In this document: one piece after another, positions 1 through 10,700 of the stretch
Layout: each line of letters starts with the position of its first letter
Position numbering within the stretch: position 1 is the stretch's first letter
From: Podarcis bocagei
Taxonomy: Eukaryota
NCBI GenBank assembly: GCA_964188305.1
Contig: OZ076885.1
Strand: one strand, 5' to 3'
DNA: 64,000 nt
Program-made: the position numbers and the translations under genes
Notes under the pieces: model-generated
What the model saw: only the letters and a program-made list of their open reading frames with translations
The model's database searches: none
What the model was told of the DNA's origin: nothing

Positions 1-12
1 GACCGCACACGG
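1..12 (+). CDS. KDM2A: KDM2A exon 3' end (DRTR), truncated by window edge
   Basis: GAC CGC ACA CGG|gtaagc, joins in phase 0 to VPNKF. Confidence 0.85.
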
Positions 13-3000
13 GTAAGCGGTTTCCAAAAGTTTTCAAACCTGGATAACATAGGAATTTCAGTAGCAATACTACTAGCTCCCCATAGATTTTTTTTTGCTC
101 CCTGGTAAATGAAATAGACAATTTTTATCTCTGGGGAGCATATGCAGTATTTTTCCCCCCTCTGCTGTGAAAACTGGCAGTTTATTCTGACACTGCTATC
201 TTGTTCAATCCATAAGAGGACCCATCTTTGTAATTCCATGACTGCTAAATTTTCTTAGGAGCCTTGGTGAGGAAAGATTTTTGACAACATATATAGGCTT
301 AGATCCTGAATCTCCTTTGACTGGCAGAGTGTCCTGCGAGCAGAGTTCCATTTATGGGATGCTCTCACCAACAGAAAGAGCAGGGTCTGAGCTGGTACTG
401 TTACAGGTGGCACATAATATTTGTTCCACAGCTGTAAGAATTCTATCTTTTAGTGTGGTGGCATCGACACTTTGGAATTCCGTGCCTATTGACATCAGGT
501 GGGGGCTTCACTGTACTCTTGTCGGTACCTGCTTTAAGGAAATTGTTTAGGAAAGCCTATCCAGACACGTAGATGTGGACATGTTTAAACCTCTTTTATT
601 TTACTGTTAATTTTAAATGTTTTGGCTGCTTTTATTGATAATTTTAATATTTCTTGCAAACCACTGAGAGGTTTAACTGCAATCAAGCAGCATATACATT
701 TTGGTAAATAAAGAATAAATAAAGGCTCTTCTGTTTGTAGAAGGGAAGGGAAGATCTAAATGAGTGTCTGTAGCAGGGATAATCAACCCATGGACCACAT
801 ATTGCCCCTGTAAAGTTTTTTGTGGCCTACAGAGACCCCCCACCTTGATTTGTTGGTTGTATCACCAATGTAATAGGCTATAAATTCCACCATATTCCAC
901 CTTTTGTGTTTCTGGCATTTGAGTGCCCCACAGTTAGTCTCTGGTGTTTGAGTCCAATCCTCACTCCCCAAATCAGCAGGTTTCTACAGCTGCTTTTGCC
1001 ACTGTTCTTTGCCATGTAGCTATAGAGTATTAGGCTGTGATGCTTGCAAGATCAGCCCATAAAGCTATAGTAAGCTGTGTAGCCATCAGCAGTTTGGACA
1101 ATCAGGAGAGAACGTATTTCTCTGTCAGGCATCTGAGGAAGCCGAAGCAATCCGTGGCAGATGATAGAGAGGCAACATAAACAGATAACTTAATTGAAGG
1201 TTGGCAACTTTGAGAAATTGATTAGCTTTTCTGGTTGGAATGGGGGTGCTTTGCTCAGCAGTAAATAACAAACTAACTGATGAACTTCATTATTGAGAGG
1301 GGAGAAGTGGTATTTTTATTTCCCTAAAAGGGAGTGAATGGTAATGGGATGGTTTACAAGGGTGTGCAACTAGTAGCATTTTCTAGACTCAGCCTTCTCA
1401 CTTCTTACACACTGACAGGTTCCAAATAAATTTCGCTATCCCTTTTATTATGAAATGTGCTGGTACGTACTAGAACGCTATGTCTTCTGCATCACCAACC
1501 GTTCCCACCTAACCAAGGACTTTCAGAAGGAATCACTCAGCATGGGTAAGAGTTATTTTCCTGTTATTTGGCTGTCATTCTTCTGTGAATTTCTAAAAAC
1601 ACTTTGCTTCCAAGCTAAACTCTCATCTGGGTTGACATTAGAATAAAAAGAATCACTTGTTTTGATGCCTTCTGACTTCAGCAAAAGTAACCTCTTAATT
1701 AAGCATTTTCTCCAAGATTGGTGGAATATGCCAGAATACAGATTACATATTTCTACAGTTTGTAGTGGTTTGTGTTCCCCATTGATAGCCAAGTGGCAAA
1801 TGGGTCACAGCTGCTGTGTGCTGTATTTTCCCAACTTTGAAACGCAGCAGGGTATTGGCTGATACACTTGCATGCTCACTCTTGCCAAGAGTATGTGCAC
1901 AACTGCTAAGGAGCTGTACTCCATTTCCCCCAGGCCGCTGTGGTGGCTGAGTGAATAGTACAAATACTGCAACACCTTAATTCTCTCCAAAGCTGTTCCA
2001 CAGGCAGATCTGCTCAATTATCACTGTTCTACCCTTTACATACAGATATGGAGTTATGCGGCTTGGAGTCAGGCACTGTGGAGGAAGATGATGCAGCAGC
2101 AGAAAAGGAATCTCGCCGCCCTGTCACTAGGCGGTCGGTCCTCACTAGCCCTGTAGCCAATGGTGCTAATCTAGACTATGAAGAACTAAATAAAGGCTGC
2201 CGGAGTTTGCCAGATCTCAAGAGAACTCTCTCCATGGACTCAGAGTCCAGTCGAGGCTCTCACAATGGCCAAGCCTGGGACACTCATAGCAACAGCCCTC
2301 ATAAGGGCAACAAGGTGCATCTGACCCAATTTGAGCTTGAAGGTCTGCGTTGTCTTGTAGACAAGCTGGAGTCTTTACCCCTACACAAGAAGTGTGTACC
2401 CACAGGCATAGAGGATGAGGACGCCCTTATTGCAGATGTTAAGGTATGTTGTAAAGTCAAGAGTTATCTCATTTTTGTGTGTAGCACTTTTTCCCCAGCA
2501 CCTGTGACAACCCACCAATGTTTGTTTACATGGGCCGTGTGCAAGCCTAAGTGATTTGTTGCTGTGGCCAGTTTCTCTATTGGAGTTGATCAGCTGCTTA
2601 TGCATCTGTTAATATTGTAAAGTTATCTAGCATGGCTCTGTGGGTGTGTTGGGCTCTGCCACCTCTGTAGTGTGTGAGCACAGTCATCAACTGGATTACA
2701 TTTTTTGCTAGTGCTTCACTTCTGGTCCTGGGCCATACGAAGTTGTTTCATGCCATTGGGAGTTGAAGAAAGACTTGCCCTCCCAAGCTTTATCCATATG
2801 AAACCGTGCACGTTGATCAACAGTGTAATTATATAGCCTCTTGTCGCTTTCTCTGTGTGAATCCCTGAATGGTAATGAGGTGCTTTGAAAATGGCTCTGA
2901 AAATCTCTCTTGAAACTTGGCCCTCTTGTTATGGCTTCTTTGACTATGATTTGTTCCTGACCTTGTTTGTTTCCATGGTACCAGAAAGGTGTACACACAC

Positions 3001-4741
3001 CTAACACACTTGCATAAACATCTCACTAAATCAAAATTTCCAAAAGTATGCACAAAAGAACTTGACAGATGAAATGGCAGTAATCGCTATCTGTCCAAGG
3101 GTTTGTTTATTCTTCAAGAAAGCAGAAGGCAAGCAGTGTATCCACAGCTTCATTTTTTAATAAGTATCTTCTTCCTTTGGTCTGCTTACAGACTCTTCTT
3201 TCTCCTTGCGCTTCTCTATCAGGTGTGGTGGCACTGAGGAAAAGATGGGCTTACTTGGCCAAATGGGCTAGCAAAACAGCTTTATCCAACTCAAAAGGCA
3301 TCAGGATTGAATGCTGTTCCCTTCATTGGAGACTTGCTGGAAGAAATAGATAAGGCTAAAAATGGTAGAACCATGAGCTGCTTACCTCCCTGGAGGGAAT
3401 AAAAGCTGTCACTTATTCACCTTTCGTTTCACTATAGTACATGCAATGTTGTCTGACCTGTCTGTAGAAAAAAGGTGATTAACCCCAAGGTTTCCAATGA
3501 AAAGGGAGCACTCAAACTTGACTGGGGTCATAAAAAGCCTAGTACAGATAGCTTGTGTGCTCACATGGCAGCACTGTTTCACTTCTGTTCACTTTGCTTC
3601 AGTTTGCTTTGTTATAGAAACTCATCAACCTGTTTCAAAATGCCACCGGAAGTAAGAAAATTGAGACCTGACTGTAAAAAAAAAAATGCTTTCTTGATCT
3701 TGTGCATTTATGACAATTCTGTAGCATGCTAAAGCAATGTCTAGACTAGAGCAAGAACAGTGTTGAACATTTTCATTGGCAATACTATGTACAGGCATTG
3801 CACTTCTCCATAGCTTCTATACTGAATTCCCCTTGAATTCAGTCAATTACTAATACTTATGAGACTTGGGGCCACTTCATACATTACCCTTTGTAGGTAA
3901 GGTACCCTTTGTACTTGGGTATTTAATTCCAAAGTATAAATACATGCAAATATCATCACATATAAGCAGTGCACACATGTATAAACTTCAGATCTTGCCA
4001 GCAAATTACACAGGAGCTGGACTCTGATTCTGAATGTAGATGCACTTGAACACCATTTTGAAGATAAATGCGCTTGGACACCATTTTATAGATTCACAGA
4101 ATCATAAAATTGTAGAGCGGGAAGGGTCCCTGAGGGCATCTAGTTCAACCCCGTGCAATGCAGGAATCTCAACTAGATCATATATAACAGATGTCCATCC
4201 AACTTCTGCTTAAAAACCTCTAAGAAAGGAGAGCCTGTCACCTCTCATGGGAGTCTGTTCCACAGCTATTCCTATCATACATTTCATTTATGTAGGCTCT
4301 GAAATCTGCTCCAAACTGGCCTTAAGGATAAAATGGAGGGGAAAGGCATATCAAAGAATATATGTATATTTCATATTGGCATGGTGCAAGGTGATGTACC
4401 ATTTAGCAGCTGTGATACACAGAAGATTGCAGCTGTGAATGTGAGCACTTTTAATGTCTGAGACTGGCACTTTTAAGACCCAGAGAGCTTGTAGCCTAGT
4501 GCATATTTGCTCTAGCATTCTACTATTTGTGGTGGTAGCTTTACAAATACTTCACATCTAGCTTAACTACTTTTATTTCAGCTTTTAATGTGTAGGCGGA
4601 GGTTATAACCAGATAGTACTCAACTAGTCAGTTATGCCAGTTCACCTAGTAATACCTGTTTGACTGGTCTAGCACCTGCTTATCGTTGCTAGTTGCCGTC
4701 TCAAGTTTGCTAACACGTTGAATTCTGAAACCTACAAAAAT

Positions 4742-4792
<51 letters not shown>

Positions 4793-7700
4793 GAGAGAGA
4801 TCTTGCAGCATTGAAGAGGGTAATTCAGACGTCTTGCTTAAATAGAACGTTGCGGTGTCTAAGTTGGAGGAGGCGGTCTTAAGATTTCAAATAGATTGAA
4901 TAGCTAGGCGGGGTTAATATGTTGCAACAAAGTATCTATTTCCACCTCTCTGATGAGGAACGGCATGGACACCTTGGGCATGTGCCTTCTTCGGAGTTAA
5001 AACGTCATTGTGGGTGTTGAGAGGGCGTCGTCGTTAAGCGGCAGTTGCTTCTGGGGGCTTAGCGAGGTAGGGGGACATGGAAAACGGGGACGTAGCTGCA
5101 GCGCACCGGGCGGGTGAAAAGCTTTCTGTGCTGTTCTCTATAAAGTCTGCCCCAGCCAGCCCTCGGGTGCTGGCCCCGGATTCTCCAATTGCAGTAGTGG
5201 TGGGGGAGGGGGAGAGAGGCTGCCTCGGCTGCCGCCACGACCAATCAGCAAGCAGCCAGCGGCTTGGCCCGGCCCCCTCCCAACTCTGCAGCAGAACGGC
5301 TTTGCCGTCCTGTTCCTGGCTTGGTTTTCTCGGTCTCCTTTCTCTTCTGCCATCTTCCGTTGCAAAGCATTGCTGGGAACTGCATGTGGGTGACGCAGCA
5401 GCATTGTTTGCGGGCGCAGGAAGCTTCCGCTGAAGGGTTCTGGAAGGAACATGCTGCTGGCGCCGAGCAGCCGCTGGTGCTGGCGGAGTTGGGATCGCGC
5501 TTCCTGAGCCGCTCGTGTGAAGGAGGAGGATTGTGCTGGAGTTAAAATTACATAGTGGGGGGAGGATCGAAACCGAAGCCCTGCAACTTGGCAGAATAGA
5601 AAACAAAGGGACTCGGAAACTTCCTCCGAGACTCTCGGCACCTTCCGTGGAACGAAGCACGCAAGGTCAGGCAGACACGAACCTGGGGGGGTTCAGCACG
5701 GTTCCGCCGGCGGGTGGGGGAGGGAGAGAGCTGCTTCCCACGTCCATGCAGGATAGGATCACCCGGGACTCCCCTCCCACGGTTCCCCTCTGCATTTGTT
5801 TGAAGGGTACTTTCCATGGGAGGAGTTCGTAAGCTTGGAATGCAGGGACTCCCTTATATCGGTTGTTACAGGGTCGGAGCCCGCGTCTTCCCTTCCCCAG
5901 TTGGTTTGCATTCTTTGGGTGTATGGGAACGGCACGTTTTTTACTTCAGATCAGTGATAGACCTTTGGGGCGGGGTGGGGGCTACTCTTTCCTAACATCC
6001 GCGTGAGTCGGTGAAGTTGGGTGTTCCCACCCCCGGAGTTTGCACGTCTGTGCAGCCACCCCTAAAGTGCCCCAGGCTGGTGCATATAGTGCGTTTCCCC
6101 TTCTGCCCCGTGAAGCATGTGTCTTCATGCCCTCAAATGCCGACCTTTCCTCATAAGTAGACGCTGTAAGGGAGAGGGTGGGGCTTGGGGACTGCACATT
6201 CTGCTGGGCTAGCCGAACAGCCACTTCCTTCCACCCACAACCTTCTCTTGAAGGGTGGAGAAGCAGCTGTAAAGCGGAGTGGATACAAACTGATGGTGCT
6301 TCTTTTTAAATTAAACCGGATTTAAGTTTTTTATTTTTTGAAAAATCCAGTTACTTTACAAACATTTAAACTGCAATCCCACACCCATTTACTTGAGAGT
6401 AGACCCCATTGCATTTTGTGGACTTGCTTTTCAGTAGGTAGATAAATATTATATTAGCATCTATCCTGAGTCAAACACATTGAGTTGCTTTCTCCCCCCC
6501 CCTTACTTAAATTGAGGTGCTGTTCTATTTAAAATAATGATCCAGTTTAAAAATGTGGGGGGAAAGTCAGGCATTAATAAACATTCTGGCTGATTAATTA
6601 CTAGCCCTTGATTATGGAAAGCTCTGGACATTTAATCTTAAATGCTTTTGCTTGGTGTTCTTACATGCTGGTAGAGAGCCAAACATTCTTTATCATAATG
6701 CATTTCTTTAAGCAGATACAGTTTGCAGCAGAAAAAGCATGTATGCTGCATGACCAGGTATTTTGGACTGTGTTCCCTGGGTAATAAGAAGACTTGCTCT
6801 ATTTAGTTGTAGACAGATGTTTTAATTGTTTGTAGCAACCAATTAACATTGCTTATTTAGGAACCATTAATTGGACAGTTGGAAACTTCATTTTAAATTG
6901 TCGTTGTGAATTGGACACCTATCTTGGTGACTTTAAATTAATCTGCCCTACTGGAAAGCAACTTGCCTGTATAGGCAGCTTCAGATGGGAATATGAATCC
7001 CCTTTCTCTGGTAAGTGCCAGGGAGAGTGAGCCCAGCCCATGCAGTGTTCTTTGCCTCTTGGCAGCTAGAGACACTGCACTCCCTGCACACGGGGATGCC
7101 AGCAACGTAACCATAGTAACCTCAAGTAAATAAAGCACATCTGAAATGGCAGTCAAGAGTGGGTGGGTAAGGTGGACGACAGAATCAGGAACAAGGCTAA
7201 AAGAGCCAGGCGGGAGGAGATGCTGTCTCAGGATGGCAACCACATTTGCTAGAACCTGGTCATTGGTTGCTGGCATAGAAATTATCTAGCCCATGTGTGA
7301 GATAGAAAACAGTATGGCTGAGAATACTGTGTTTCTGTGCTGTTTTGAGAAGTGTAACTTCTGGGATAAACATGGACATACTGGTTGGGTGGAGGACTTT
7401 GCTCCATTGTGGAAGAGACCACACTTAACCCAGACCTTCATTTCTGATCATGTTTCATCATATTATTTTCCCTAACACAATGACTTTAAGTGTGTGAGTC
7501 ATGAGGCAAGGGGTCACTGGTCAAATCTAATCTTTGTTGGGTATCCTTGGGCAAACCACATCTCTTGACCCTCATCAGTAACATGGGGACAAGAACACTG
7601 ATCTGCCTTCCAGAATTGTTGTTAGGATTACTAAGAAAATGTACTGAATTATTCTGAAATACCATATAAGTATAAAAACTGATTTTTATTTTCTTAACCC

Positions 7701-10700
7701 TGCTATAGCTGCTGCTGGAGGAGTACGCAAACAGCGATCCCAAACTGGCACTTACTGGAATTCCTATTGTCCAGTGGCCAAAGAGGGATAAGGTAAATAA
7801 TGGATCCATGACTTAACTCAAATAGCTTGGAGACTTGGTGGAGGGAATAGGAGTTCTGTCCTGGAAAGTGTTAGTTGACAAGAATAGCCTCATAATTTAA
7901 ACCAAAGAACCTTACACCAGTATAAGGGCAGTAGCAGAGTAGGTCTGGGCACAAATCACAGGTATTAAAATGAAGTGCAGTATAAATATGAGGATAAAGA
8001 AACCAGGAGGATCATGATCATGGCTTCACTTTCTAGGAGATGTGATTGCCCAAATCCAGAATTGGTTAATGATAAAACACAAGTTCATTATTTAGACATT
8101 GTGCCTCTGAGATCAAAGTCCTAATTCTTTCCATACACAATCTTTTCTGTTCCAAATTCCTGACTTTAAACTTCATGCATCTGTCATCTGGATCTCTTCT
8201 GACAGATTATTGTTTCCTTGGTTGATTATATGAGCCTCCTAATTTTTTGCTGTCTTTCCCCCCTCCCCCCACCAATGACAGCTCAAGCTTCAGGCTCGGC
8301 CAAAGTTAAGATTACCTACCATCCCGATCACCAAGCCACACACCATGAAACCCGCGCCACGGCCAGCAACTGTGAGACCTACAGTCTCTCCTATAGTGTC
8401 TGGTGCCCGCAGAAGGCGGGTGCGATGTCGTAAATGCAAGGCCTGCTTGCAAGGCGAATGTGGCATGTGCCACTACTGCAGGGATATGAAGAAGTTTGGG
8501 GGGCCTGGTCGTATGAAGCAGTCCTGTGTACTACGGCAGTGCTTGGCGGTGAGTCCTGTGGTATATTGGGTGGGGAAATTGCTTATCTCTGTGGAAGGTT
8601 CTAACAGTAGGGAATGAAACCTGTCATACATCTCGAAAGGCAAAAGAGCAACTAACGAGGTTGATTGAAAAGCCTTGGGAACAAATGTGGTTGGCACTGG
8701 AAAGTAGTTAATGTCCTTCAGTGCATTCTATAGAGGCAAATGGGGTTGGGGAAGTGGGATAACCATCCCCTGAAGCTTAGAAGCAAGCCTGTGGTATAAC
8801 TTCCTGTTTCACTGTTCGTTTGCTTTGTAGCCCAGACTGCCTCACTCTGTTACATGTTCACTTTGTGGGGAGGTAGATAAGAATGAGGATTCGCAGGACT
8901 TTGAGAAGAAGCTAATGGAGTGCTGCATCTGCAATGAGATTGTTCACCCAGGTTGTCTACAGGTAAGAAGGTTTACTTGACTCATCTCGATACAGGAGTG
9001 TCAGGAACAGATGCATTGCTGGAAATCACCTTTGTGTATTTTTCCTCTGCAGATGGATGGGGAAGGGCTACTGAACGATGAATTGCCCAACTGCTGGGAG
9101 TGTCCGAAGTGCTACAAGGGAGATGAGTCGGAAAAAGGCCAGGTAAGAAATGGATTATCAAACATTGGCACATGCCTTCTGTGTTGCATGCTACTCTTGG
9201 GTAATGAAGAGGTACACTGTTTGCACCTAGCCTGTACCTAAGTCATTGGGGAGAGAAGGTTCTTTGGGTATCCTGGGTGTTTATCCTTGTGCACTTTGGG
9301 AAGGCTTAGTAGGAGCCACACGAGTGTGAGGTGAGCACTAGGAGAGCCTCTTCTGTTGAGTAAAAGGGTTCCACCTGGAAATGAGCACTGGTGACACCAT
9401 ACAATGTTAACTACATGATGGAGCCACTTTACAGCTTTTCCACCGCCACCTTCTTGGCATCTACAGAGAGCTCATCAGCACATGAACTGTAACATCCTGC
9501 TGGAGAAACAGTTCCTGGAAGGGCAGCAAAATCAACTTCCATCAACCAAGCAGTGGACATGTTATCAATGGCAGAAACTGACAAGACTGCCCTGGGAGAA
9601 ATACAATTGCAAGATCCTGCGTAGAGTTGTGCCTGCTTCCCCAGCAAAGAGCATCCCAGTGAAGGCAAGAAGGGGTGGGGGCAAGGGACTGGTAATCTCT
9701 TATTACCATCACAGGAGTTATTACGATCTGGCATTCTGTTAGAATAGTGCCCTGCAGCACTTCATTCCAGCCTTGGGGAACTTGGACCATGGCAGTCAGG
9801 GGCCTGTTTCTCCTACATGTTTAGTGATGGAGATCTGCTAAATAAATAAATAAGCCATAGCTTAGCAGAGTGAAGAAATTGGCTGAACCCTTCCCTTAAC
9901 ATCTGTTTGAAAATTGAATCTAACAGCACATTCTTGAATAGGTAAATTAAGATGGTGATACAAATAAACACTGCATGGTTCAAGTCTAGTATAACAATTG
10001 ACTCGTTCCTCACATCAGCTACTTATCTTCAAAGTTGGGTGCATGTGTGCATCTAGTGTTCTCGCATGTATTCTGCAGCTTGGTGACATTTTATTAGATC
10101 TACATAACCCTTCAGCTTTCACTAAGTGACAAAGTCCAATTTCTTCAACCTTAATGTAGCTAACGTGAGGGCAGTTTGGAACAGAGTTCATACTATAGCC
10201 AAATGAATGGATTCAAATGGTATGGGCCCAGCATGTCCTTTAAGGAAGTCATCTAGGAAGAGAGACGGTACTTCCAGTAACTTCACTTGCAGGTGCTCTG
10301 GAATGCCAATAGGATTTTCTGGGCCCAGTACACTCACTTTATGTAGGTTGGGACCTTTTGCCTACCCATAAGCTGACAAACTGCTACCTATATACGTACT
10401 CTAAGTAATTGTAGAATTGCAAGCTTTCATGCAGTATATTGCTACCTAATTATTTTCTAGACTAAATTTTTTGTTTGACTACTAGCCGGGCATAGTTTCT
10501 ACTGAGAGGTCCCATTAAGTTCAATTGGGACTTACTCCCAGATAAATGGCTATAAGTTTATAGCCTAGTTAGGTAAGGAAGAGGAAGGAGACTCTCCCCA
10601 CACACCATTCTTTTTAATGGACCCTAATTAAATCATCCAAAAATATACTCATATCACCTCTCTACTTTGCTGGCACCATTATTGAAAATGGCTGTGTGTG

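Noticed and set aside
4950-5006. CTGATGA followed by a hairpin, as a possible hammerhead ribozyme
   Set aside because: No GAAA core after the putative stem II and no stem I pairing
5034-5832. Several long overlapping ORFs (up to 208 aa) on both strands
   Set aside because: Expected by-product of a stop-poor CpG island; low-complexity products with no recognisable domains
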